A DNA stretch of 26,232 bases. Source: Cyanobacteria bacterium UBA11367. Its GTDB lineage: Bacteria; Cyanobacteriota; Cyanobacteriia; Cyanobacteriales; Coleofasciculaceae. The position numbers and the translations under genes were made by a program. The notes beneath the pieces are model-generated. The model saw only the letters and a list, made by a program, of their open reading frames with translations, had not been told where the DNA came from and did not search any database. Of this stretch, positions 17,231 through 26,232 are shown one piece after another. Location of the stretch: NCBI GenBank assembly GCA_003501765.1, contig DNOY01000251.1:4146-30377 (forward strand), in the 5' to 3' direction. Within the stretch, counting starts at the first letter, position 1; every line of letters begins with the position of its first letter.

Positions 17231-18840
17231 ATTCTTTTCTCAAAACCCATCCATTCCTTCTCCCGCAGTAAAAACTTCTGTACCTTCCCTGTCGCAGTCT
17301 TCGGTAACTCACAAAACTCCACTTCCCTGGGACATTTAAACCCAGCTAAATGTTGGTGACAAAAACTCATAACCTCCTTCTCACTTACCACCATCTCCGG
17401 CTTTAAAGTCACAAAAGCCTTAGCCACCTCACCCCTTTTCTCATCCGGAATTGCAATTACCGCCACTTCCAATACCGCCGGATGTTTGTAAATTGCCCTT
17501 TCCACCTCAATCGTAGAAATATTCACGCCACTACTAATAATAATATCCTTCGCCCGATCCCTCAGCTCAATATAACCATCAGGATAAACCACTGCTAAAT
17601 CACCACTGTGAAACCACCCACCCCGAAAAGCATTTTTAGTACCCTCCACATCATTAAAATAACCCTTCATCACATTATTTCCCCGCATCACCACTTCCCC
17701 CATCGTCATACCATCAGCAGCAATATCATTCATATTTTCATCCACCACCCGCATCTCGGCGGCATGAATATAAGGTACACCTTGTCTGGCTTTTAATTTT
17801 GCCCTTTCATCCATTGGTAAATCATCCCAAGGGGCTTGCCATTCACAGACACTATGGGGACCATAAGTTTCAGTTAAACCATAAACATGAGTAATTTCAA
17901 TCCCCAACTCTTCCATAGATTGAATAATCGTCGGTGAAGGTGGTGCGCCTGCGGTAGCGACTCGTAATTTATGGGATAATTTTAAGGTTTTAATGGCTTT
18001 ATCATTGACTAACATAATTAAAATAGTCGGGGAACCACAAAAATGAGTTATTACCTCAGACATGAGTAAAGAAATAACCGTTTCTGGATAAAACTTCCGC
18101 AAACAAACATGAGTCCCCCCAACCGCGATTACGCCCCAAGTAAAACACCACCCATTACAATGAAACATGGGCAAAGTCCACAAATAGACAGTGCGACTAT
18201 CCATTCCTAATTCCAAAGCTTCACCCAAAGCATTTAAGTAAGCCCCGCGATGGGTATACATCACTCCTTTCGGTTTGCCGCTAGTACCGCTAGTATAGTT
18301 AATGGAAATTAAATCATTTTCGTCTTCTAAAGGAGATATCAGTAATTCAGATGCCTCGGTAGCTAAGAAACCTTCATAATCTAAATCAGACAAATTTTCC
18401 CCAGTAACTTTAGCTTCCTCATCTATAATATTCACAATAGCTTCCACTGTCTCTAATTTATCCCGTATTGGTGCTACTAAATTAGATAACTCCTTATCAA
18501 CAAATAACAAACGCGCCCCAGAATCATTTAAAATATACCGAATATCCTTGGGCGCAAGACGAATATTAATCGCTACCAAAATACCACCAGCTAAAGGCAC
18601 GCCGAAATGTGCTTCAATCATCTGGGGAATATTGGGACAAAGGAAGGCAACTCTGTCACCTTTTTTTAAGCCCCATCCCTGTAAAGCACTAGCAAGCTGC
18701 TTAACTCTCTGGGCAAATTCTTGATAACTCCATTGTTTTTCCCGGTATATTACCGCAGGTTTATTACGGAATACCGCAGCATTGCGATCGAGGAAGCTTT
18801 GGGGGGTGAGGTGGTTGTAGTAAACTTCAGGAGGAGACAT
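17224..18840 (-). CDS. AMP-dependent synthetase/ligase (acyl-CoA synthetase family)
   Basis: AMP-binding motif I is 'YTSGTSGKPKGV', followed by 'YGLTETYG' and 'GWFHSGDLAV'. The track ORF starts at GTG 18891. The ATG at 18840 (MSPPEVYYNHLTPQSFLDRNA) is the more typical start. Confidence 0.85.
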   Translation of the reverse strand: MSPPEVYYNHLTPQSFLDRNAAVFRNKPAVIYREKQWSYQEFAQRVKQLASALQGWGLKKGDRVAFLCPNIPQMIEAHFGVPLAGGILVAINIRLAPKDIRYILNDSGARLLFVDKELSNLVAPIRDKLETVEAIVNIIDEEAKVTGENLSDLDYEGFLATEASELLISPLEDENDLISINYTSGTSGKPKGVMYTHRGAYLNALGEALELGMDSRTVYLWTLPMFHCNGWCFTWGVIAVGGTHVCLRKFYPETVISLLMSEVITHFCGSPTILIMLVNDKAIKTLKLSHKLRVATAGAPPSPTIIQSMEELGIEITHVYGLTETYGPHSVCEWQAPWDDLPMDERAKLKARQGVPYIHAAEMRVVDENMNDIAADGMTMGEVVMRGNNVMKGYFNDVEGTKNAFRGGWFHSGDLAVVYPDGYIELRDRAKDIIISSGVNISTIEVERAIYKHPAVLEVAVIAIPDEKRGEVAKAFVTLKPEMVVSEKEVMSFCHQHLAGFKCPREVEFCELPKTATGKVQKFLLREKEWMGFEKRIH

Positions 18841-19042
18841 GATCGGGGTTATTTTACTTATTTTGGTTGGCCTAATTATAGGCGATCGCACCTGCCCATG
18901 TCAGGGGATCTGAGATCTTGCTGCAATCTCAATACAATAAAATATCTGCTGCTTTTTGGACAATATAGTAGATGTTAGTAACTGTTGTTGCTAGATCTTA
19001 ACCTAGACAGTCATTCATCAAGGGTAGAAGATACATTTAGCC

Positions 19043-19555
19043 TCAATCTAACCCTAACAGCACAATTATAGTACCCAATGTTACCATCAGTACAATTAGA
19101 GACATCATTAAATATCCTACTGCTGCAAACCAACTAGTTCCACCACATCTCCTGAGAGCCTGCTTTAGAGACTCTTCCGATAAATTTAACCGTCGCAACC
19201 TATCAATCTTGTTACAGGTGTGTGAGTAATACCAACGATTTCCATAAACTCCACAAATCATTGCCAAAGCAATACCAAGGATATTACTTAAAACTACTGG
19301 TGGTTCTTCATAGTTTAAAATTCCGACAAATAAAATGTATTCAAGTATAGATTCAGCAACGATAATCCCATAAAAGATCAAGGTAATTTTGTACATCTTT
19401 CTGTATGGCAACCAAAGCCCAGAAATCAAAAAAGCAGCAACATTGAAGCCAGATTCATTCCCTTCTCCAGATAGAAAAGCAGACCATCTACTGAGATAGT
19501 AACCAGAATTATTTCCCACAAACGCTCGAATTTCTTGTTCAGTAGGGGTTGGCAT
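19043..19555 (-). CDS. Small membrane protein, DUF2628-like (uncertain)
   Basis: 'GNNSGYYLSRWSAFLSGEGNESGFNVAAFLISGLWLPYRKMYKI' resembles the DUF2628 consensus (yY..kW......sfNwaAFlfg.fWl.YRKMY), as recalled from memory. A hydrophobic C-terminus follows. Confidence 0.45.
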   Translation of the reverse strand: MPTPTEQEIRAFVGNNSGYYLSRWSAFLSGEGNESGFNVAAFLISGLWLPYRKMYKITLIFYGIIVAESILEYILFVGILNYEEPPVVLSNILGIALAMICGVYGNRWYYSHTCNKIDRLRRLNLSEESLKQALRRCGGTSWFAAVGYLMMSLIVLMVTLGTIIVLLGLD

Positions 19556-19666
19556 CGTGTACTCCTCTCTCTCTAAATCAAGTACGGACTGGTTGAGTTA
19601 TAGTAACAGGAAATCACAGAGAATCTCTAGCTCTGTGCCCCAAAGTAATAAAAGTCGCGGTATCCA

Positions 19667-19740
19667 ATAGACATCTCCAAAAACGGGGTTTTTATCTAGA
19701 TAGGGTAAGGGTTTGAGATTATTTTTTGGAGATGTATAAT
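19667..19740. mobile_element. MITE-like element, copy C (forward)
   Basis: The sequence is atagacatctccaaaaacggggtttttatctagatagggtaagggtttgagattattttttggagatgtataat. Confidence 0.7.
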
Positions 19741-19810
19741 AGACCTCTCCAAAAAACAATCTCAAACCCTTGCACTGTCAAGCTCAAAACCTAATTTTGG
19801 GAGATGTATG
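19741..19810. mobile_element. MITE-like element, copy D (reverse), abutting copy C
   Basis: The reverse complement, catctcccaaaattaggttttgagcttgacagtgcaagggtttgagattgttttttggagaggtct, matches the family consensus. Confidence 0.65.
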
Positions 19811-19830
19811 TTAGCGATTAGCCATTAGCC
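19810..19830. repeat. Heptamer repeat GTTAGCG/ATTAGCC x3
   Basis: The sequence is gttagcg attagcc attagcc. It is the same unit as at 105-125 and sits just downstream of the trpE stop. Confidence 0.6.
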
Positions 19831-19842
19831 CTCAAATAAATT

Positions 19843-21369
19843 CTATCTTCCCAAACAACGAATCGCTTCTAACATCCCTTTCGCCTTATTCAGCGTCTCC
19901 TCATATTCCTTTTCTGGGACAGAATCGGCTACTAAACCCGCACCTGCTTGAACTGATACAATATGCTTGCCATCCTCTGTCGGACGAACTACCATAGTCC
20001 GAATTGCGATCGCGCTATTTAACTGTCCTTCAAAATCGTACCACCCATAAACTCCCGAATAAGGCCCTCTCCTTTCTCCTTCCAATTCGTGGATAATTTC
20101 CATAGCTCTAATTTTCGGTGCGCCGCTCACCGTACCTGCGGGAAAACAAGCCTTTAATAAATCCCACGCTGTTTTCCTTTCATCCAATTCTCCCACCACA
20201 TTACTAACAATGTGCATAACATGGGAATATCGCTCTATAACCATTAACTCATCTACTCTCACAGAACCACTTTTACAGACTCGCCCTAAGTCATTGCGCC
20301 CCAAATCTACTAACATAATATGTTCGGCAACTTCTTTGGGATCTGCTAATAATTCTGCCGCTAAAGCTTCATCTTCGCGATAATTTTTCCCCCGCCATCT
20401 TGTCCCGGCGATAGGGCGTAAAATTGCTTGGAGTCCTCCTGAAGGTAACCTATTCGCTTTTACCATCACTTCCGGACTAGAGCCAATAATTTGCCAATCC
20501 CCAAAATTAAAATAAGCCATATATGGGGAAGGATTAATCAATCTGAGGGAACGATAAAGAGCAAAAGGATCTCCCTTATATTCTGCCGCCAAACGCTGAG
20601 AAATAACCACCTGAAAAATATCGCCAGCGCGGATATAATCTTTAGCTTTTTGGACATTAGCACAGAATTGGGTAGCTTCCGTATTGCTAGTATAAGCTAA
20701 TTTCTGACTTGTACTATCTGGCGGGATCCATTCCAAAACCGTATCTCTACCAGATAGAGGTAACTGAAGCTTGTGTACTAATGCGCGAATGCGATCGCAA
20801 GCTGTCTGATATACTTGCTCCAAATCTACAGTAGCATCCCGCAAATCCGCATAAACCACCGCCCAAATCTTCCGTTTCACCTGATCGAAAATAATCAGAT
20901 TATCCACCTGCATCCATATCCCATCCGGCAAATCATTATCTCCTACCGGATAAACAGGTACTCTAGACTCAATCCACCGAATTAACTCATAACCCCAAAA
21001 CCCAAACAAACCACCAATTCCTGGCGGTAACTGAGGCAACTTAACTGGCTTAATCGGTTGCAAACAATTAGCCAAAGCCTGAAAAGGATTACCTTCAAAT
21101 ATAGTAACCGAACCATCCCGATGAGTTTGAGTAGTGCGATTATCTTTAGCTGACAATACCCACAAAGGATCGCAGCTTAATAAACTATAACGTCCCACAT
21201 TTTCCCCACCTTCCACCGATTCCAGGAGAAAGCTGTAAGGTTGTCCCGCACAAATTTTATACCAAGCCGATACAGGGGTTTCCAAATCCGCCACCCACTC
21301 TTGGTATACCGGGATAAAATTTCCCTCTTGCGACAATTGACGAAATTGAGAAAAATCTGGAGAAATCAT
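19843..21369 (-). CDS. trpE: Anthranilate synthase component I
   Basis: The translation is a chorismate-binding enzyme with 'LLESVEGGENVGRYS', 'GDIFQVVISQR', 'PSPYMAYFNFGDWQIIGSSPE' and 'GAGLVADSVPEKEYEET'. The start is ATG at 21369. Confidence 0.9.
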   Translation of the reverse strand: MISPDFSQFRQLSQEGNFIPVYQEWVADLETPVSAWYKICAGQPYSFLLESVEGGENVGRYSLLSCDPLWVLSAKDNRTTQTHRDGSVTIFEGNPFQALANCLQPIKPVKLPQLPPGIGGLFGFWGYELIRWIESRVPVYPVGDNDLPDGIWMQVDNLIIFDQVKRKIWAVVYADLRDATVDLEQVYQTACDRIRALVHKLQLPLSGRDTVLEWIPPDSTSQKLAYTSNTEATQFCANVQKAKDYIRAGDIFQVVISQRLAAEYKGDPFALYRSLRLINPSPYMAYFNFGDWQIIGSSPEVMVKANRLPSGGLQAILRPIAGTRWRGKNYREDEALAAELLADPKEVAEHIMLVDLGRNDLGRVCKSGSVRVDELMVIERYSHVMHIVSNVVGELDERKTAWDLLKACFPAGTVSGAPKIRAMEIIHELEGERRGPYSGVYGWYDFEGQLNSAIAIRTMVVRPTEDGKHIVSVQAGAGLVADSVPEKEYEETLNKAKGMLEAIRCLGR

Positions 21370-21490
21370 AAATCTTGGGGAGTGGAATAGCGGATGCCCT
21401 GGTGGGGAGTGGGTATAAAGAGGGGGATTGGAGATAGAGAGGGGCTAATAACTAATCCAAAAAACGATCGGTCATGCCACTTCTCTATTT

Positions 21491-21522
21491 CCTACTCCCT
21501 ACTCCCTACTCCCTACTCCCTA
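21491..21522. repeat. STRR heptamer array CCTACTC x ~4.5
   Basis: The sequence is cctactc cctactc cctactc cctactc ccta. It lies between psaD and trpE. Confidence 0.75.
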
Positions 21523-21526
21523 AAAA

Positions 21527-21952
21527 CTAGGATTCGTAAGTTGCCTTACCGCTGAACTTAACTGTAACGGGTTCGGGATTGCTACCGATATTCCGGTCAA
21601 TTTTACCGTTAAATTCGCGACCTGCGTTAACCTTTTCTGGGAAGACACCATCTGCTGGGTGCAGGTATTGGGTTTCACCGTTAGGAAAAACGCGGTAAAT
21701 CTTATAGTCGGTGATTTTGGGCTTAAATGCTGTCCGGAGTTGAGTCCCCAATGCCAGACATTGTTCTTTGCGGGCTAGATAGAGGAGGTTTTCCCCTTCA
21801 TTCATGACGGCTGCGCCACCTGTGGGCATTTCAAAGACTTGTTCTTTGGTGCTAGTCCAGGTGATAGCGTATTTCTCTTCGACTTCTGCCTTGGTAAGTA
21901 ATCCGCCAGTGCTGCCGCCAAATTTGGGAGCGGTCCCGGTAAGTTCTGCCAT
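21527..21952 (-). CDS. psaD: Photosystem I reaction-centre subunit II
   Basis: '[22 protein letters not shown]', '[34 protein letters not shown]' and '[29 protein letters not shown]' are strongly conserved PsaD blocks. The track ORF begins at TTG 21967. The ATG at 21952 (MAELTG...) matches known PsaD N-termini. Confidence 0.9.
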   Translation of the reverse strand: MAELTGTAPKFGGSTGGLLTKAEVEEKYAITWTSTKEQVFEMPTGGAAVMNEGENLLYLARKEQCLALGTQLRTAFKPKITDYKIYRVFPNGETQYLHPADGVFPEKVNAGREFNGKIDRNIGSNPEPVTVKFSGKATYES

Positions 21953-22089
21953 AATGTCTGATTTCAACTTATATAGGCCATTTAGGGAATGCTATCACTG
22001 AGGTTGCTCTTGTCCTACTACTTTGTCAAGAACTGTAACAGTTTGTAATTGATTTTTGGTTTAGGTCTTGGGAGGAAGAAGTCCAGAGC

Positions 22090-24165
22090 TTAACCACTAA
22101 CCACAATCGGCACAGTAAAGTGAAATTGAGCCCCCATATCTTTACCTCCAGAATTAGCCCAAATTTTTCCGCCCCACCCCTTGACAATTTGACGACAAAT
22201 TGCTAATCCTAAACCAGTACCGCCAGTAGTCCGTCGCAGGGCACCTTCTTCTTGATAAAAGCGATCGAAGACATATTCTAAGCGATTGGGTTCGATACCA
22301 CGTCCAGTATCAGCGATGGTAACTTCTATGGTCGCAGCGTCGTGGAGTTGGATACTAATGGTGATATCTCCTTGTGGATTGGTAAATTTGCAAGCATTGT
22401 CGAGGAGTTTGACAAGTACTTCGACTAACCATTCACCATCGGCTAGAGCTAAAGGGATACCATCGGGGAATTGAGAAGTAATGTGGGGATAGAGTTTTTG
22501 GGAGTAATGTGCCCGAATTTGACTGAGGGCTAATTCAACACATTCGGAAAGGATCAGGGGTTCAGGATGCCATTCTACGCGATCGCTCTCTAAACGGGAT
22601 AGGGTGAGGAAGTCTTGGACTAGTTTCCGCATCCTTTCGGAATCAGCCAAGGCAGTCTCTAACATGACTTGGCGCAATTCTCCTGGCATATCGGGTTCTT
22701 GTGCTAGACTTTCCAGACATACTCTAATTGTCGATAGGGGAGTCCGCAATTCATGACCTGCGATCGCGACTAGGTTACTGCGGGTGCGATCGAGGATCTC
22801 TAGTTGTTGGTTCAAATTTTGTAAATTAGTATAGGCAGCGGCTTGAATTAATGCTACCCCAACTTGAGTTGCGATCGCTTCTACTAGGGCTAGTTCTTCA
22901 TCTTTCCAGCGATAGGGTGTTGCCAGACAATGGTGTAATTCCACCATTCCCAATAACTGACCTTGATAGAGTACTGGTACGATTAGCCAAGAGCGCATAG
23001 CGAAGGTTTGGACTAAATTCTTGAGAGTTGATGATGGGGAATTTGGTTTTTTTCCTTTGCTCTGATTTTCGGTTAATTCTTTGATAGTGTAAATTCGGGG
23101 ATCTTGTGCTGTATCTTCGATGAGAATGGATTGGTGATGTTGTGCGATCGCTTGAAATAGGCAATTATCTTGTAAAGGCCATTCCTGTCCCATGGTGGAG
23201 GTTAGGTTTATTTCCTCTCTACCTTCGATCCCTAAATATTCGTGATTGATGATGGCTGAGACATCTGTTGTCTGGCAACGGTAAATCAAACAGCGACAGC
23301 ACCCAAGTGCTTTGCCCAATTCCTCCACAGCAATTTCCAAAATCTCATGGGAGTTGAGAGAATTTCTGATTGCTGATGTAATTAAGTTCACTAAACGTTC
23401 CCGCTGTTGTTGAGTATAAATGGAACGATAGGCTTTCAGTAATTTATACTGCCCTGCTTGTAAATAGGTTACTAATCTCTCTACAAAAGGATTTTCATTG
23501 GCATTGCCTTGAGTTTTATGTTGGAAATTTTGATTTAAAATCTCTTCTTTTGTTCCCTCTTCACTCTTGTCTATTCCTTGTTTTTTACCTTTAGTTTTTG
23601 ATTTTTGATTTATTAGATACTGAGTTTTTCCCTGTGCAATTTTGGTTGCTAAATCTGGGCGATATATCTCAATACGATTTAAGAGTAATTCAGCCGCTTT
23701 TATGGTAACCTGACGGTCAAAACTCCAGATTCCCTCAAAGCGACGGGCATGATCCATGTCAGCATAAGCAGGATCGGATACAAGTGTCGTCTTTTCTCGA
23801 CATATCAGGCAGTTGGCATACTCCTTGGCAACTATCACCAAATGCCACTCTTGACTCAAAGCATCTTCTGAATCGAAGGCAATCATCTCGTGGGAGTCGT
23901 TGCTGTTGTTAAAGTCCGTTTCTGGTGCTGCTAACACATACAGTTGAGAGGTGATTTCCGCAAGGCGGCGATATCGGTGCGCTTCTTGACGGTAGAATCT
24001 CTCTCGCTGAAAGCAAGCAATAATTAGAGGTGGATCTGAAGTCGCCAAAACCCGATCTTCCATGGCATGGGAGAGTGCCGTCAAAGACGACTTGAAATAG
24101 ATTTGTTGCCGTAGATGGGGAATGGCTTCGACTAAGCTACTTAGTACCGAAGTTTGGATAATCAT
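22090..24165 (-). CDS. Sensor histidine kinase: N-terminal sensory domain (DICT-like?) - GAF - HisKA - HATPase_c
   Basis: The H-box is 'AGHELRTPLSTI', the N-box 'LLDNACKFT', and the G-boxes 'DTGRGI' and 'GTGLGLAICRQIV'. The central GAF-like region is 'EILEIAVEELGKALGCCRCLIYRCQ...'. The N-terminal ~150 aa, 'PLIIACFQRERFYRQEAHRYRRL', looks like a cyanobacterial DICT sensory domain, but I am unsure of that. Confidence 0.8.
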   Translation of the reverse strand: MIIQTSVLSSLVEAIPHLRQQIYFKSSLTALSHAMEDRVLATSDPPLIIACFQRERFYRQEAHRYRRLAEITSQLYVLAAPETDFNNSNDSHEMIAFDSEDALSQEWHLVIVAKEYANCLICREKTTLVSDPAYADMDHARRFEGIWSFDRQVTIKAAELLLNRIEIYRPDLATKIAQGKTQYLINQKSKTKGKKQGIDKSEEGTKEEILNQNFQHKTQGNANENPFVERLVTYLQAGQYKLLKAYRSIYTQQQRERLVNLITSAIRNSLNSHEILEIAVEELGKALGCCRCLIYRCQTTDVSAIINHEYLGIEGREEINLTSTMGQEWPLQDNCLFQAIAQHHQSILIEDTAQDPRIYTIKELTENQSKGKKPNSPSSTLKNLVQTFAMRSWLIVPVLYQGQLLGMVELHHCLATPYRWKDEELALVEAIATQVGVALIQAAAYTNLQNLNQQLEILDRTRSNLVAIAGHELRTPLSTIRVCLESLAQEPDMPGELRQVMLETALADSERMRKLVQDFLTLSRLESDRVEWHPEPLILSECVELALSQIRAHYSQKLYPHITSQFPDGIPLALADGEWLVEVLVKLLDNACKFTNPQGDITISIQLHDAATIEVTIADTGRGIEPNRLEYVFDRFYQEEGALRRTTGGTGLGLAICRQIVKGWGGKIWANSGGKDMGAQFHFTVPIVVSG

Positions 24166-24446
24166 TCAAATAGGAAGTTTTCTGACTTTCTTTTGGAGAC
24201 GAGCGCTTGACAATTTGCCGATTTTATGGTTATTTTTCCCTAAAATTAGATGGATATCGATCGGGTTGTCGCGAGAGAGATTGTCAACTACCCACACTAA
24301 CCTAACGGTACAGTGTTTGCTCTGCGGGAAACCGTAGAGCTTTGTTGACCAGCCTAAGTTCTTGTTAAGAACTGCGTGATTAGGGTCATGATAGCTTTAA
24401 ATGCTTGCCAGTTTAAAGCTCTATCGTCTGAAATCAAACAAACGGG

Positions 24447-24613
24447 TCTTCCGTACTTAGCCTGCTAATTTATTAAGAAAAATCATTTCAGCTATGGTCA
24501 GGCCATGATTGTTGGCAATGTTTAAGTCAAAAATAGTCTTTTGAAAGTAAGTTCGGGCAGAATTGGCTTTGTGACTCCTTAAACTAATATTTTGGCATAC
24601 TAAGTACGGAAGA
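24447..24613. repeat. Perfect 14-bp inverted repeat (tcttccgtacttag / ctaagtacggaaga) flanking 139 bp
   Basis: The arms lie at 24447-24460 and 24600-24613. It sits in a 488-bp non-coding gap between two minus-strand genes. Confidence 0.5.
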
Positions 24614-24653
24614 TACGAACCTCCCTATTTCTCAATAGGGGAAATATAAAATC

Positions 24654-25121
24654 TTACAAAAACCGACTTAAATCAAAATCACCTTCAGAGACTTCTTCGT
24701 TCAATCTTTGATTACTCAAAATCAACAAAAGCCGTTCTGTATAGTCTACAGCGCCCACAAACTCATCTCGCAAAATCTCCAATCCCCCATTGGCATACTC
24801 TTCAAAAATATGAATCCTTTCCTCCTCAGCGCGAGCGTCAAAAGCAGAAAGTATTTTGGCTTCCTTCTTTTGTGCGATCGCTAATAACTTCATGATGACA
24901 TCATATCCCCTAGAAACAAAGATCTCTAAGGCAATCGGCCCAGGTTCCCTTTTGGCAACGATTCCCAGAGGCGATCGCTTTTTCTTTTTTGCCCCCATTG
25001 CGGCAGCAAAGGCGATCGCGTCTGCGTAGGTTTGAAATGGTCCAGTTGTCTCTGCTGAGGCGACTAGGGCTTTCACTAAATCTGCTTTATCTTTCGCTAC
25101 CCTAATTCTGTTTCCACTCAT
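24654..25121 (-). CDS. Hypothetical protein (Lys-rich central patch), unrecognised family
   Basis: The track ORF runs 24654..25181 with a TTG start. I prefer the ATG at 25119-25121 (MSGNRIRVAKDKADL...). Codon use is consistent and the reading frame stays open. I recognise no motif. Confidence 0.5.
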   Translation of the reverse strand: MSGNRIRVAKDKADLVKALVASAETTGPFQTYADAIAFAAAMGAKKKKRSPLGIVAKREPGPIALEIFVSRGYDVIMKLLAIAQKKEAKILSAFDARAEEERIHIFEEYANGGLEILRDEFVGAVDYTERLLLILSNQRLNEEVSEGDFDLSRFL

Positions 25122-25260
25122 TATCTGTTTGACGATATTTACTGATTCTGGTATTAATACTATGTAACTCTGAACTATCAACTGTCAATCATGGGTAGCA
25201 GAGAATAGGAATTGGGGAGTAGGGATTAGGAAAGATTTATTAGCGATTAATAACTAGCAC

Positions 25261-25298
25261 CTATCCACTATCAACTATCCACTATCAACTATCAACTG
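25261..25298. repeat. Heptamer array CTATCCA/CTATCAA x5
   Basis: The sequence is ctatcca ctatcaa ctatcca ctatcaa ctatcaa ctg, immediately upstream of the ATG at 25303. The related 'aactatcaactgtcaatc' lies at 25173-25190. Confidence 0.7.
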
Positions 25299-25302
25299 CG
25301 AT

Positions 25303-26172
25303 ATGTCTAAACTCGATACCATACTCAAATTTATTGACCAAATTGAATCTGAAAATCCTGGCGCTTCAGCTTATGAAATTGCCAATAAACTCCGGGGATA
25401 TACAAAAAGAAATTACACCACTCAGCTATGGAGTATCGCCACTGGATATGAGCAGGAATATATTGAAGGAGAATGGGCGGGAAAACTTAATATCGAAGAC
25501 TTGAGTTTAAGTGGAGAAATTACTGACTTAGGTCATTTAATTGCATCTCTTTCCGATCGAATTAACCAACCGGGACTGCAATTATCAGACTTGACAAAAT
25601 GGACAGGAGATCATACCTCTTGGGCTGGAGATATTGGTTCGGCAATTATGATTTATCGGGCTAACTCAGATACGAAAGAAATTCAAACATTAGGAGAATC
25701 CCTCAACCGCTTGGCTGGATTTTCAGACTATACTGCTGATATTGCTGCTTGTGTTATTGGGGCAACTATTAATTATGGCAAGTACGGTTTGATTTCTCAA
25801 GCAATTTATCAATATAATCTGATTCCATATAGACAGCATGTTAGGACGTTTATTCAAAATGAGCTTGGTGGCATTATTCAAGGTAATAAACTAAATAATC
25901 CTGCTGAAATTGAAGCGAATATAGCTCAAGCTGTCTTAGCTTGTATTGGTTTATCTACAGCGCCAGATTGGGTGAAGTCTTTCAAGGATTTATCTGGATT
26001 AAACTTAAAAAAGATGTCAGGCACTAATCGAACAGATATTCTCCAGGCTTCCCTGCACTTCCTCGCTCATTTGGTCAAGATGGGTGGTTTAGAATCCTTG
26101 AAATTTAAACCTTATCGGATGGCAGGAATTCGTTGGTTGGGAAATCTAAGTCAGGAGGTAATTGTCAGTTAG
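25303..26172 (+). CDS. Hypothetical protein, unrecognised family
   Basis: A 289-aa ORF with an ATG start. It is divergent from the 24654-25121 gene, and both are flanked by heptamer arrays. I recognise no motif. Confidence 0.5.
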   Translation: MSKLDTILKFIDQIESENPGASAYEIANKLRGYTKRNYTTQLWSIATGYEQEYIEGEWAGKLNIEDLSLSGEITDLGHLIASLSDRINQPGLQLSDLTKWTGDHTSWAGDIGSAIMIYRANSDTKEIQTLGESLNRLAGFSDYTADIAACVIGATINYGKYGLISQAIYQYNLIPYRQHVRTFIQNELGGIIQGNKLNNPAEIEANIAQAVLACIGLSTAPDWVKSFKDLSGLNLKKMSGTNRTDILQASLHFLAHLVKMGGLESLKFKPYRMAGIRWLGNLSQEVIVS

Positions 26173-26232
26173 TTATTAAACTTCGTATTCTCGGATTCAG
26201 GCAAGAGATCTAATAAGCTGCTACGCATTTAA

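Noticed and set aside
18907-18917. Short palindrome gatctgagatc downstream of the acyl-CoA synthetase start region
   Set aside because: It is too short to assign meaning and is likely a chance match.
21953-21967. N-terminal extension MKSDI of psaD, and similar TTG/GTG-extended starts at 1359, 18891 and 25181
   Set aside because: The track extends each ORF to the furthest alternative start. The internal ATGs give N-termini matching the known families.

Overview
This 26.2-kb window looks like cyanobacterial chromosome. The octamer GCGATCGC (HIP1) occurs about 20 times, and tandem heptamer repeats (STRR-like: GTTGACA, CTATCAA, CATTAGC, CCTACTC, GTGGGTT) fill nearly every intergenic gap, which points to a heterocyst-forming Nostoc/Anabaena/Calothrix-type genome. 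I call 15 protein genes. (1) A divergent class-V PLP enzyme sits next to a translationally coupled tryptophan 2,3-dioxygenase + kynureninase pair (kynA-kynU, GTGA overlap). (2) Two adjacent hybrid two-component kinases follow (REC-HisKA-HATPase, and multi-PAS-HisKA-HATPase-REC). (3) An 881-aa protein is an unmistakable full-length homologue of the eukaryotic major vault protein (MVP). By my alignment from memory it is roughly 50-60% identical to human MVP through all repeat, shoulder, cap-helix and cap-ring regions. This is the most interesting feature in the window. (4) Enolase. (5) A 1010-aa fusion joins a PlsY-like acyl-phosphate:G3P acyltransferase membrane domain to a PEP-synthase/rifampin-phosphotransferase-like His-swivel dikinase. 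It lies convergent with an acyl-CoA synthetase. (6) A DUF2628-like membrane protein. (7) trpE and psaD in the same linkage as Synechocystis. (8) A GAF sensor histidine kinase. (9) A divergent pair of unrecognised proteins. Beyond genes, there is a previously unreported-looking 72-bp MITE-like element family with terminal inverted repeats (4 copies). One copy supplies the stop codon of the acyl-CoA synthetase. Dispersed repeats have inserted in frame into two genes, the kinase ATP lid and the dikinase ATP-grasp domain. Heptamer arrays encode the C-terminal residues of two enzymes. I found no tRNA, rRNA or CRISPR. All calls rest on reading the supplied translations and DNA by eye, with no searches run.
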